Shown piece by piece: positions 54,095 through 63,776 of a stretch of DNA of 64,000 bases (its first letter is position 1; each line of letters opens with the position of its first letter). The stretch comes from a virus. The notes under the pieces were generated by a model. That model ran no database searches. It was not told where the DNA came from and saw only the letters and a list, made by a program, of their open reading frames with translations. The position numbers and the translations under genes are program-made. The stretch lies in the IMG/VR virus record IMGVR_UViG_3300045988_044066; one strand, written 5' to 3'.

Positions 54095-55789
54095 TTAGAC
54101 CTTCACAGGCTTCTTCTGCACGCTTGCATTCTTCTTGACAACATCCTTCTCTAGAATCATCATATTAAGCAACTCTTGATTCATAGCATGCTTAAAGATG
54201 TCTCTAGTGGTTTTAGGTACCTGGAACCTCTTCTCTCCAGTAATAAATGAGGATGTTGAATTATTAAGTCCATTTACTAAGAAGCAATTTGACACTCCTG
54301 GAACCAAAGCCACATTAGGTCTTCCCTTATATGCTAAAGGAACTCTCCAAATGATAACTTTGAATGCTCTTACAAATTCCTTACTGAAATTTGCTTTAAG
54401 CAGTCTTTGCTTAAATTCCACGAATGCTTGGTTGTTCAACTTGGTAAAATATGTATGGTTAGTAATTACCACACAACCTCTAGGGAACTCTCCTTCATCC
54501 ACACCATAATCTTCTTTCATTTTACACAGCATTTCTGCTATATTAATAATAGAAGGATTCTGGCATAATGCTTCTTCTTTGTCAGATTTCCATTTCTCAA
54601 TGACATTCTGACCTTTGAACTTACGTAGAACCATGTTATCTTCTAACACGGCATAGGAGTTTTTGAATATTGTAGGAAGTAATTCAGAATGATATAAAGC
54701 ATATGCTTTACCCAAACTGTAAGCAGATGTTTCGCTATTCTCTATCTCACCATTAGCAGAATGACTTATATCTCTTACTACCAACAACGGAGCTACTCTA
54801 TTGCGTTTAGCATTATCAACAAATACATTGAAACTTGCATTAATAGAAGTTTCCATAAATTCTGGAATCTCTTCGGCAATTTTATCCAATCCGTATGGTT
54901 TGAACAGAGTATGTAGAAATCCGCTATTAGAGGGCTTCTTACGGTTCTTCAACCAGTTCTGATACTTCTCTTTAAGACCTTGATGTTTGAGGAATTTAGA
55001 GCCTACTAGCTGTGCCAGTGCCTTTCCAGTAACAGTGTCAAAATCGATTTCCAAGAATTTCTTTTGACTGATTAACTGCTGCCATTGGGCTGCTTTCCCG
55101 CTATTCTTCATCTTCCTATATTTACGATAGGTTGAATAGTCTCCTTCATCCTTAGGTTTACCATAAAGGCCTTCCGCCAAGAATTTGGCTACTGTATTAC
55201 GTGCTTTTGCCTCATCTGTCTTACATGCAACACTGGAACGAACACGAGGAAGATACTTCTTTACTAAATCACATGTCTGACCGTTGGCAAGACCTGCGAA
55301 TATGACTTTCTTGAAGAAGTCCCAATCCAATCTGTGCTTAAAGCCATGGAGTTGAACATCTAAAGCCATCATAGTAATGAAATCTTTCCAGCATCCAGCT
55401 GCTGCAAAATAAGCAATGTTGGCATGGAATGTGGGTTTGTGATAGATTGCCAACCACAACATTCTCATTATACCTTCATTCTTCAAACCTTCTCCTTGCT
55501 GTGTATCAAGTTGTATAACTCCTTCCGGGGTAATTATTCTACATTTACGAGTTATCATTCTCGTATATGCAGTAAACTTAGTACATAGTAATGGATTAGC
55601 TTTCCATAAAGGATACATATCTTTAGCCACTTGCACGTAGGTACGTGGCTGAAGACATTTCTTAAGATTAACAAACTGGTCTATGAATAACTGATTATTA
55701 TCCACAAACTTAGGTTTATTCTCATCCCGCCTTTGACGTGCGGCATTAGGGTAAGGCCTCCTTGGCCTTTGTGCTCCTTTCATTTCCAT
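54095..55789 (-). CDS. large protein with C-terminal vWA-like domain (MIDAS-like DISHS) and N-terminal alpha-helical region; possible Ro60/TROVE (Rsr)-like RNA-binding protein
   Basis: LLVVRDISHSANGE contains a DxSxS MIDAS-like motif. GEGLKNEGIMRMLWLAIY resembles the Ro60 ...EPMLFALAIA segment. 564 aa, next to a tRNA island. Confidence 0.4.
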   Translation of the reverse strand: MEMKGAQRPRRPYPNAARQRRDENKPKFVDNNQLFIDQFVNLKKCLQPRTYVQVAKDMYPLWKANPLLCTKFTAYTRMITRKCRIITPEGVIQLDTQQGEGLKNEGIMRMLWLAIYHKPTFHANIAYFAAAGCWKDFITMMALDVQLHGFKHRLDWDFFKKVIFAGLANGQTCDLVKKYLPRVRSSVACKTDEAKARNTVAKFLAEGLYGKPKDEGDYSTYRKYRKMKNSGKAAQWQQLISQKKFLEIDFDTVTGKALAQLVGSKFLKHQGLKEKYQNWLKNRKKPSNSGFLHTLFKPYGLDKIAEEIPEFMETSINASFNVFVDNAKRNRVAPLLVVRDISHSANGEIENSETSAYSLGKAYALYHSELLPTIFKNSYAVLEDNMVLRKFKGQNVIEKWKSDKEEALCQNPSIINIAEMLCKMKEDYGVDEGEFPRGCVVITNHTYFTKLNNQAFVEFKQRLLKANFSKEFVRAFKVIIWRVPLAYKGRPNVALVPGVSNCFLVNGLNNSTSSFITGEKRFQVPKTTRDIFKHAMNQELLNMMILEKDVVKKNASVQKKPVKV

Positions 55790-56169
55790 CTCTTTGTTTA
55801 AATTTATTGTTATGAGAGTCTTTCTTTATTCTAAACAATAAACAAGCGGCATTACGGCAATCGGACATACGTTAACCCGCTCGCCACTTACAGACCGTAA
55901 TGCACACTTGACCAGGCAGGAAAGAGGTTTGCTTGGTGACCTATCTGCATGCTGATTATATAATGCAGACCGTGTAGATTCTCTCTTACACAATATCTAT
56001 AGTAGATTTGCACTACTGTTTTCTGATGCTTAATCAGGTGAACTCCTACTGTTCGAATAGATACAGGTTTCAACTCTTTGATATAGCCTTTAAGTCATAG
56101 ACATACTCCGGAATATGTCTACTGGTTCTTCAGACCAAGTTTTGCTACCACTATTCGTCAATAGTGGAT

Positions 56170-56865
56170 TTACGGTATTAGATAGTCCACACGAAGGTCT
56201 ACCGTCTCTTCGTTTGCTTCTAACACCACAGTCGTCGAAAGAATATCAGGATTGTCAGCTGTAGTTATCATACTCACAATATCATGTGGGGATTCTAAGT
56301 ATAAATAACCTCTACCGTCCCAAGCTGGAACATATCCACCTCGTAGAATGTTTCGAGACGGAATAGACTTGTAATAATAGTGTGCTGGCCGGTAGTGAGC
56401 GAATGATACGTTAATAGCTGATTGGTGTGTGCCTATGGTAAAACCACCCAGGACTGTTGCTAGTCTCATCACCTTACTAACATATTTTGAATCGCCTACT
56501 ACATCTAGTCTTATGTTCAAGCCTGGATAGTAGAATTTAGCAACTCTCCTGCTTATATCCTTCAACGTTTGAAGAGATTGAAATTCAGCAACATCAACAT
56601 AGTCTTTCTCCGATTCAGAACTACCGAAGACACAATTGATTGGTATTGGCTGATTAGCTTCAATACATTCTTCCAAAATAGTGATTGCTTCGGACGGAAT
56701 AGCTTCATTACCAAGTCTGATTCTCTTAGTCCCATATAAGATATGAGCTATAATCTGACTAAGTGGTAATGATAGTTTCTCCTTAGCAAAGTTGCTTTCC
56801 AAATCATATAGATATTGGCAAATGTGTGCACTGAATGGCGTGTTCCCTTGTACTGTAAACTTCAT
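56170..56865 (-). CDS. hypothetical protein
   Basis: 231-aa ORF. Confidence 0.5.
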   Translation of the reverse strand: MKFTVQGNTPFSAHICQYLYDLESNFAKEKLSLPLSQIIAHILYGTKRIRLGNEAIPSEAITILEECIEANQPIPINCVFGSSESEKDYVDVAEFQSLQTLKDISRRVAKFYYPGLNIRLDVVGDSKYVSKVMRLATVLGGFTIGTHQSAINVSFAHYRPAHYYYKSIPSRNILRGGYVPAWDGRGYLYLESPHDIVSMITTADNPDILSTTVVLEANEETVDLRVDYLIP

Positions 56866-57359
56866 ACTATCTGTTCAACTGTTATTAATTTAGTGATTCT
56901 ATAACCTCTCGATTTCAGGAATTTGATTGCTTCCATTTCAGCCTGTGTAATAGGAATCAGATGTTTGTCTTCTTCCGCTTCTGTAACAGCTTCCATTTCA
57001 GCTTGTGGCTTAGGTTTAGGAGGTGCTACGTAAGTGCCAGCTTTAATAGCCATTCTCTTAGCATATGCATCTCTCTGTATCTTAGCCATTTCTTTCCTGC
57101 TGATAGTTATCAATTCAATGACTCTAGTCTTATACAAAGGGCCATGTTCTTTCCACATAAATCCTTTAGTATAGATAGCACCGTCAGGTTCAATCACTCC
57201 CTGCTTACGCAAAACAGCCATGAAGTTCTCTGGCCTTGGGAAGCCATTCTTCTTTAAATCCCTGACTACATCTGTAATCTTAAAAGGCCCAGGATTCATT
57301 GCCTTTACCGTGTTAAAAATCCGAACGATGTCATCATCGGATATTGACCTCTTTCCCAT
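56862..57359 (-). CDS. hypothetical protein
   Basis: 165-aa ORF. Confidence 0.45.
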   Translation of the reverse strand: MGKRSISDDDIVRIFNTVKAMNPGPFKITDVVRDLKKNGFPRPENFMAVLRKQGVIEPDGAIYTKGFMWKEHGPLYKTRVIELITISRKEMAKIQRDAYAKRMAIKAGTYVAPPKPKPQAEMEAVTEAEEDKHLIPITQAEMEAIKFLKSRGYRITKLITVEQIV

Positions 57360-57385
57360 AATTTCAATAACTTTTAGTGAAACAA

Positions 57386-57667
57386 TTACTCTTTATATAT
57401 TCTAATTCGAGATTTACGCAGATGTACACGCATTCGTTTAATCTCGGACAGAATCCAATCACGTCTGCATTGATGTAACCATGCAATTACATCTTCGTCA
57501 AATAATAATTCTTGACCACAGTAGTATGTGCCACTGTAGTAAGTATCAAGCTTTGGTCTTAATATGTCATGAGGACTATCAGTAACTATGTATTGATAAT
57601 CCTCACCTCTTATTAATTTCAGCTTCTTTGACTCCTTGCGAAGTTTCTTTAATAACCTTGCTTTCAT
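57386..57667 (-). CDS. hypothetical protein
   Basis: 93-aa ORF. Confidence 0.4.
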   Translation of the reverse strand: MKARLLKKLRKESKKLKLIRGEDYQYIVTDSPHDILRPKLDTYYSGTYYCGQELLFDEDVIAWLHQCRRDWILSEIKRMRVHLRKSRIRIYKE

Positions 57668-58017
57668 TTTAATAGTTCCAATTTAGCTACGTCCTTATCA
57701 TACCATATCCCAATCCAGAAGTTGTCTACAAAGTTCCTATGATTCATGATGGTATAATTAAGCCTTAAGACATCACTAGATATAAGATAGTAATTCTTCC
57801 TATCAGTAGCCTCCAATGTTTCTTTGAGCACTGCGTGCTTGCCAATAATTTGAATATTCCTTGTAATAGCGAATGGTAATGAAATCGCTGCCCCAACTGT
57901 TGCTATTGAGAATACAATCTCAACTGCCACTGCAACTTCTCTTAGGTCTTTAGACCCTACTCGCGAAAGACATACACAAATAAGTAAAACAATCACTGCA
58001 ATAATAAATAATCCCAT
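57664..58017 (-). CDS. hypothetical membrane protein (N-terminal TM)
   Basis: MGLFIIAVIVLLICVCLS... Confidence 0.4.
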   Translation of the reverse strand: MGLFIIAVIVLLICVCLSRVGSKDLREVAVAVEIVFSIATVGAAISLPFAITRNIQIIGKHAVLKETLEATDRKNYYLISSDVLRLNYTIMNHRNFVDNFWIGIWYDKDVAKLELLK

Positions 58018-58034
58018 AAAATTGATATTTAAAC

Positions 58035-58587
58035 GTTAATAATAGTGGACCTAGGCGGAGTCGAACCGCCGTCCAAACAACCCTCATTAATAAGATTACG
58101 TGTGTCTCTATTTTATTACATCAGCTGTTGAGTTCAGCATGTAGGTAGTTTTACTAGTCTTATCTTGGAACCAGGTAATTAGGCTGCAATAGCCAAACCA
58201 GTACACCAAAAGCTAATTTACAAACTACCAAACTTAAAGGTTCAGAAGCTGACGCTTCCAAACCTGGGCTGACCGAAGTCGCTCTTCCACCACTCCATTT
58301 ACGTTGGAGAACGTTTCTATTTGTAACCCATAGATAGGTAGTGGAGATTTCAGCTTTACTAACCTTTGGCTTTCAAGTTAAGTGGGCTGCTCTATACGCT
58401 TCTTCCCACACCTCTTCTGTTTCTAGGTCTCTCCAATTAACCCGACTTAGAGCTAAATTAATAGATAAGCCAGCAGCTTAGGCTGCCATTCTTACTTCAG
58501 TGTTTCCACTTAAATTGCTGTATCATTATTAAAGAGTTGGTACGAACTCTACACGTCTTACTAACTTGTAATCGCCTGTCAAAACCA
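58035..58587 (-). ncRNA. ssrA: tmRNA (ssrA-like); unusually long at ~553 nt; predicted tag ...GNTEVRMAA*
   Basis: 5' end GGGCCUAGAUUUGGUUUUGACAGGCG resembles the consensus GGGGCUGAUUCUGGAUUCGACGGG. 3' end ...UUUGGAC-GGCGG-UUCGACU-CCGCC-UAGGUCC-A. Acceptor GGGCCUA/UAGGUCC. In-frame AUG-GCA-GCC-UAA ends ~120 nt from the 5' end. Confidence 0.55.
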
Positions 58588-58734
58588 AATCTAGGCCCAT
58601 AGAACGGCATGATTATCCTCTCATGCCAGGAGGTCTCTCAAACCTGAACAAAAAAGCTATCAGTATCTTCCTGTGCTACATTGAGTAGCGTACCCATTAC
58701 AGACTTAATAGCCTAGGAGTTATTTTTATTCCAT

Positions 58735-59088
58735 TTAAAATGGTAAGTTCCCTTCATGTTTCATCCAACTATAAACTACAATTTCATAATCTGGGAAATC
58801 GTTGGCAAGTTTAATACAACTGTCAAACGATAACTCTGTTATGCATATAAGAGGGTAATCATTGTCAAGCCATTCTCTAATTACATCCTTATCAGGAATA
58901 TGCTCATCCAATGACCATTTAAGCTCACGTTCAAGTCTTTCACGTATCGTATTTAATTTAATATGGTCATGTGTTCCATATATAACATTTAATATGTAAT
59001 ACAATAAATGGCTATTGAACTTATCAACATCGCTAATAAGAATATGCCTCTTGGCATTCCTTAAAGAATTAACTGCATTCTGATTCAT
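58735..59088 (-). CDS. hypothetical protein
   Basis: 117-aa ORF. Confidence 0.4.
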   Translation of the reverse strand: MNQNAVNSLRNAKRHILISDVDKFNSHLLYYILNVIYGTHDHIKLNTIRERLERELKWSLDEHIPDKDVIREWLDNDYPLICITELSFDSCIKLANDFPDYEIVVYSWMKHEGNLPF

Positions 59089-59170
59089 ACACTTATTAAT
59101 TAAAAGCCCAAGTGTGTTTCACAACATGACTGGGGCAAGCCTAAACTATACAAAACTTTAAAATGATTGG

Positions 59171-59239
59171 GAGAGGATGGGAGATTCGAACTCCCTCCGC
59201 CAGTTCGCAACTAGCCTTCTACCATTGAACTAATCCTCT
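59171..59239 (-). tRNA. tRNA-Arg(GCG)-like (short, 69 nt; 3-nt variable loop)
   Basis: Acceptor AGAGGAT/ATCCTCT. Anticodon arm GCTAG-TTGCGAA-CTGGC. T-arm GGGAG-TTCGAAT-CTCCC. Confidence 0.45.
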
Positions 59240-59249
59240 CTTGGCATTA

Positions 59250-59861
59250 TTAACGCTTCACAGCTTCTTCAAAGTTCTTTACAATCTTCTCTGCCTTCTC
59301 ACGGGAACAGTCAAGCATGTGCATAGTAAGATGAATGCGTTGTTCACGCATCAAATCTTCTATGGCTCCTTCTCTAGCCTTGAGAGCTTTTAATAGCTCT
59401 TCTGGCGTTTCAACACCTTCAACATCAGCACCGATAGCCTTAGATATATCCTTCAGAAACTCAAACAAAGCTTTTTTGCCTTCTTCGACTTTAAATGTAG
59501 AGCCTTGTCTTTGGTCTCTCATTTTCATAAGAATGTCAAAGATTTCACGGGCAGAAGCTTCGTCATCCTCATTCAGAGTGACAGCATGACGTTCATGAGG
59601 TTGAACACGAATAGATTCGTCTTTAACTTCCATAACGAGCAAGTCTTCACCGTCACCACGAACAATGACGATTTCACGGTCTTTCCTTTCGTCATAACCG
59701 CCACCAACAGTGAAGTTCTTGTAAGGAACTTCTTTGCCTTCAGCGGCATCGAGCACATGCCCAAGAATAGTTTCAGCTTCTTCTACGATAGAATCATAGC
59801 ATGGGTCTTTCTTTGGATTGAAATCAATACCAGCTTTCAGGCGTTCTTGTAATTTCTTCAT
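59250..59861 (-). CDS. hypothetical protein
   Basis: 203-aa ORF with locally higher GC. Confidence 0.45.
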   Translation of the reverse strand: MKKLQERLKAGIDFNPKKDPCYDSIVEEAETILGHVLDAAEGKEVPYKNFTVGGGYDERKDREIVIVRGDGEDLLVMEVKDESIRVQPHERHAVTLNEDDEASAREIFDILMKMRDQRQGSTFKVEEGKKALFEFLKDISKAIGADVEGVETPEELLKALKAREGAIEDLMREQRIHLTMHMLDCSREKAEKIVKNFEEAVKR

Positions 59862-59902
59862 TTCCTTCTAAATTTAAAGAGTTTGATTTATTAATTATTT
59901 GA

Positions 59903-60064
59903 TTAGTCTGGTAAGAACCAGACTCCTATGGCCGCAACAATACCTATAGCTCCGACTACATATGTAAAATCGCCAGCTGTAGGCAACATGATATTAATAA
60001 TTACTAATGCTCCAATGGCAGAACTAATTATTATATTGTCTTTCTTATTCTTAGTGAGTTTCAT
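59903..60064 (-). CDS. small membrane protein (53 aa), below the ORF-track cutoff
   Basis: Hand translation: MKLTKNKKDNIIISSAIGALVIINIMLPTAGDFTYVVGAIGIVAAIGVWFLPD. A 7-bp hairpin agtctgg/ccagact sits at its stop. Confidence 0.3.
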   Translation of the reverse strand: MKLTKNKKDNIIISSAIGALVIINIMLPTAGDFTYVVGAIGIVAAIGVWFLPD

Positions 60065-60172
60065 AATTACTAATATTGGTTAAGAGTGACTCCACCGTGA
60101 CATGCCAATCACAGTGAAGTTTCGTCGTAATTTTCAACGACTCATCAGACTCTCTTTTAGACGGAAAGGAGA

Positions 60173-60415
60173 TTATGATATATAATTATCAATAGAATCT
60201 CCAGTTGCTGCCCTAATCTGTTCCCATGGAATGTTCTCTTCTTCGCAAAGCTGTTTGGAGGACTGTATCCACTCCTTGGCGAAGTCTATAAAATCACCGC
60301 ATTCTCTCTTAGCGATTACTATAGCTTCTTTGCAGCTGTAAGCGATGATTCCGGGAAGAAGAGATTTGTCATTGTTAATTGCATGTTTAACTATAGGGCT
60401 GTTCTTTATATCCAT
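60173..60415 (-). CDS. hypothetical protein
   Basis: 80-aa ORF. Confidence 0.4.
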   Translation of the reverse strand: MDIKNSPIVKHAINNDKSLLPGIIAYSCKEAIVIAKRECGDFIDFAKEWIQSSKQLCEEENIPWEQIRAATGDSIDNYIS

Positions 60416-60425
60416 TGTTTAAAGG

Positions 60426-60659
60426 TTAGATTGTTGTTACACTGCTGATAATAGAATAATCGATAATGATTGAAAGCATGCCGTTTAAATCAGATGTCTC
60501 ATAAGGAACCTGATGTTTAGCAATTTGTCTTTCGGCTTGCTGCATCATGGGTTGGTTAGTTCCAAACCCAAGAAGCAACTTACCTTCACGAGAAGTAATA
60601 GATTGATGATTGAGAGTACATGGTATTCTCTGTTTCCTAAATTGTATCTGCGATAACAT
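60426..60659 (-). CDS. hypothetical protein
   Basis: 77-aa ORF. Confidence 0.35.
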   Translation of the reverse strand: MLSQIQFRKQRIPCTLNHQSITSREGKLLLGFGTNQPMMQQAERQIAKHQVPYETSDLNGMLSIIIDYSIISSVTTI

Positions 60660-60661
60660 TG

Positions 60662-61006
60662 TTACTTAGTTAATAAGTTAGCAAATCCTTTCCAGAAGTA
60701 GCGAGGGAAGTGTCCAGTCAGTTGTACATAATTAACTCCTGCTGACACCTTATGTCTAGCTGTAACCTTATGTCCGTCAATGGACATCGTGATTAAGCTG
60801 CCAGAAACTGTCACATCACTATCTGACATATCATACAAATCCCCTAAGTCCTTAATAGGAATCCACTTAGATGTAGTTTCATCTTTGTAGCTATTAAGAC
60901 GAGATTGTAGTTTGGCATCAGAGGGCTGACCAGTTCTCATATCAATAACCTCACCCTCACAATCTGCAAGGATGAAGTTCTGTGTATAGTTAAAGTATAG
61001 TTTCAT
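60662..61006 (-). CDS. hypothetical protein
   Basis: 114-aa ORF. Confidence 0.4.
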   Translation of the reverse strand: MKLYFNYTQNFILADCEGEVIDMRTGQPSDAKLQSRLNSYKDETTSKWIPIKDLGDLYDMSDSDVTVSGSLITMSIDGHKVTARHKVSAGVNYVQLTGHFPRYFWKGFANLLTK

Positions 61007-61542
61007 GTGTACTGAACTTTATATCTTTTAGTTCTTCTAGTTTGTAGATTAATAACATCTACCGAATCAGTACCTGCCTTTACGTAAACCTTACCAGATA
61101 TCTCTTTGATAAAGTCATTCTCTGATTTACCTTCAAAAGTTCCGATAAGGCATAGTGTTACTCCATTGACAAGTACTTTGGTAAATTTATCAACCTGTAT
61201 AGGAGCCAAAGGTATTCCTTCTTCTCTTACATGGTTAAATGCCTTAGTGTAGGCTCTATACCTCGCAAGACGATGTTCATAATTAGCACCTTTAGAGGGA
61301 TAGCTAGCAAGTACTGAAGTATCCTTAATTACCACATACTCTTTACCAGGCAATCCACCTTCATACCATGATTTAGATATTACTTTGATACCGGATTTTA
61401 CTAATAACCATTTGTCTACAGCATCACATAAACGCTCTTTACCACATATCTGTAACAATATGGGTATTAAGTTACGTTTAAGCTCTCTGTATTCCTCTGC
61501 TAATTCATTAGTCATAGATAAGTTGGCAGTTAACCTACTCAC
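61003..61542 (-). CDS. hypothetical protein
   Basis: 179-aa ORF. Confidence 0.45.
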   Translation of the reverse strand: MSRLTANLSMTNELAEEYRELKRNLIPILLQICGKERLCDAVDKWLLVKSGIKVISKSWYEGGLPGKEYVVIKDTSVLASYPSKGANYEHRLARYRAYTKAFNHVREEGIPLAPIQVDKFTKVLVNGVTLCLIGTFEGKSENDFIKEISGKVYVKAGTDSVDVINLQTRRTKRYKVQYT

Positions 61543-61581
61543 TGCCAGGTTTTAAAATATGGAAATCTCACACTCCTTTGG

Positions 61582-62388
61582 TTACTTAAAGATTATTGCA
61601 GACGTGATATTAACGCGGATGTTCTCTTTAGAAGAGATATATTTATTCCACAGGTCAGTCACAACCTTTTGTTTGTCCTGACCACGCACAGACAGCAAAC
61701 GATTACGACCACTCGTATACAACGGAAGTGTGCTTGTAGATACTTTGTTCCAGAAGTCGTCAAGAGTATCTAATTTATGCTTCTTATCAAGAACAAGATA
61801 AGCTGTTACACCACCAATCATAGATGCATGGAGTAATCCTTTAGTGTACTTCTTGTACTTGAGTGCAAGTCCTGTAACCTCATCAAAGGTAGTTTCATAC
61901 TTTCTGTACATGTTCAACAAATCTTGACGAGTCAGACCAGTCCCTCTAAGTCTGTGAAGAGCGCCAGCATCAGCCAAACCTTTCAAGCCCTTGGTCAAAG
62001 CGTAATATTTAGCCACAATGGAAGCTTTCTGGGTAGGATTAGTAATGCCCATGATTCCAAACACATCACCTGCACTTCTTGTTTTACCAGTATCTATGGT
62101 AGTCCAAGTTTCGTGTTTAACACCTTCTATGAGCACAGTTTGAAATGGAACACCTGCCTGTATGCACGCTGCTAGACGATGATAGCCGTTATCAGTAAGA
62201 CCTTTATCATTTATAATGATTGCCTCACCGTTCAAATGCCATTTACCTTCAGACATTTGAATAGCATACTTGTTGATATTGTCTCTAGAAATAGGCCGAT
62301 TGTGCAAATACTTTGACAATAGTACTTCTGCATCTTTCGGTGTGATTTCTACTACACTGAACTTGAGAGATGATTTTAATGTCTTCAT
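61582..62388 (-). CDS. ParB-like nuclease domain protein
   Basis: N-terminus ITPKD..ISRDNINKYAIQMSEGKW..EAIIIN.KG.L.DGYHRLAAC (ParB/Srx-fold motifs). Confidence 0.5.
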   Translation of the reverse strand: MKTLKSSLKFSVVEITPKDAEVLLSKYLHNRPISRDNINKYAIQMSEGKWHLNGEAIIINDKGLTDNGYHRLAACIQAGVPFQTVLIEGVKHETWTTIDTGKTRSAGDVFGIMGITNPTQKASIVAKYYALTKGLKGLADAGALHRLRGTGLTRQDLLNMYRKYETTFDEVTGLALKYKKYTKGLLHASMIGGVTAYLVLDKKHKLDTLDDFWNKVSTSTLPLYTSGRNRLLSVRGQDKQKVVTDLWNKYISSKENIRVNITSAIIFK

Positions 62389-62436
62389 AATTAATCTAAT
62401 GAGTTACCTATACACTCACGAGGTTTTAATCGTTAT

Positions 62437-62691
62437 TTACTTCCAAATAAGTTTAGAGCCTTTGGAACATGCCGCATAAGATTCATCATTAAGTACTACA
62501 TATAATAAATCAAAGTCGTCTTTACTTTCATTAAATGCATCTTCAATGTCCTTCTTATTGTCAGATTCCTTAACTATTGTTTCTTCATCTGGGTCAAAGT
62601 TCTCTCCCACCAAGGTGTACCAGTTTCTTGGTGATTTCTCACAAATTGCATCAATCAGAGCATCTGTGAAATCGTCTTCGATGTAGTCCAT
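62437..62691 (-). CDS. hypothetical acidic protein
   Basis: 84-aa ORF. Confidence 0.4.
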   Translation of the reverse strand: MDYIEDDFTDALIDAICEKSPRNWYTLVGENFDPDEETIVKESDNKKDIEDAFNESKDDFDLLYVVLNDESYAACSKGSKLIWK

Positions 62692-62783
62692 AAATATATA
62701 GTATTATTGTCAACTCGAATAAAAGGTGAGCATGTATATCTATCACAGACCTACATACTCTTAATAATATTCATTTTACACAT

Positions 62784-62981
62784 TCAAACGGTCTGAACTA
62801 CGTACTTTAGTACTTTATATCTCGTCCCACTCCAAGTGGAGATTTGTTCAAGCAAATAATAGCCTACTGCTTCCTCAAACAGAGGATTTGTCAGTTTATA
62901 CATTATACCATTATTTGCATGAATTGCATCGTTCCGATTACGTCCAAATACAGTTCTTAGTTTTGATTTCTTCGCTTTCAT
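62784..62981 (-). CDS. hypothetical protein
   Basis: 65-aa ORF. Confidence 0.3.
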   Translation of the reverse strand: MKAKKSKLRTVFGRNRNDAIHANNGIMYKLTNPLFEEAVGYYLLEQISTWSGTRYKVLKYVVQTV

Positions 62982-63233
62982 TTCACTATTCAGCTAACTA
63001 CATACTAATGAATACATCTGAATAAGCATGATAAAAAGAAAGACACAAATAGACTTTCTAAATGTGCCTTTCAATAAGAAGTACTTTGTTATTCTTTACA
63101 GTAAGCAATAACGTTTACGTTCATTTGGGAGCCGTCTCTTGCGACGCTTTCAAACGTTTCTATCGCCTTTGCGGTTACTTCCGTACCTTGTAAATCTGCA
63201 AGACATTCCGCTATTGTCTTATTTTCAAACATA

Positions 63234-63722
63234 TTGAAAATACATTTGTCTTTGTCCGCTGATAGCAAACAATGGGCGAACGCTCCTGCGGATGCCTTGA
63301 GTGAGTTACGTTATGCGGTAGAGCTTCCGTTGACTCCGGCACCGGAATTTAGCGCCGTATCCGTCGAGCGGATCGAGGACGCTTTTGATGAGGATTTCGT
63401 AGACTATATTTTCTCGGACGGAAGCGCGAGGATCTATGGAGAGGTTACGAACGAGATGCCGTTCGATATGTCTATCGAGATGGTGATCATGGATGAGAAC
63501 AATGTACCGGTAGATATCCAATTCCCGGCACAAGAGGTAAAAGGACAATCTGGAGAGGTTATCTTCGAGATCACGAAGGAGGATATGCCGAAAATGAAGG
63601 ATGCACGTCATATAGACCTAAATTTACATTTAACGGGTAGAGATCAAGGCGAGGCTTTGAAGAAAGGCCAGAAAACGACCTTCAACTTGAAACTTAAGAA
63701 AGAAGGTGGTATCTCCATTTGA
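63234..63722 (+). CDS. hypothetical protein in a GC-richer region (host-like codon usage)
   Basis: Plus-strand 162-aa ORF with GC-rich codons (ccg, gcg, acg, cgg), unlike the rest of the window. Confidence 0.45.
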   Translation: MKIHLSLSADSKQWANAPADALSELRYAVELPLTPAPEFSAVSVERIEDAFDEDFVDYIFSDGSARIYGEVTNEMPFDMSIEMVIMDENNVPVDIQFPAQEVKGQSGEVIFEITKEDMPKMKDARHIDLNLHLTGRDQGEALKKGQKTTFNLKLKKEGGISI

Positions 63723-63776
63723 TCCCAGTACTAACCATTTAAATTACGAAAAAGAAAGATGAATACTATATATAAT

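Noticed and set aside
55888-56073. 61-aa minus ORF in the 380-nt non-coding region
   Set aside because: It has no RBS-like context, and the region is dominated by hairpins. It is more likely non-coding.
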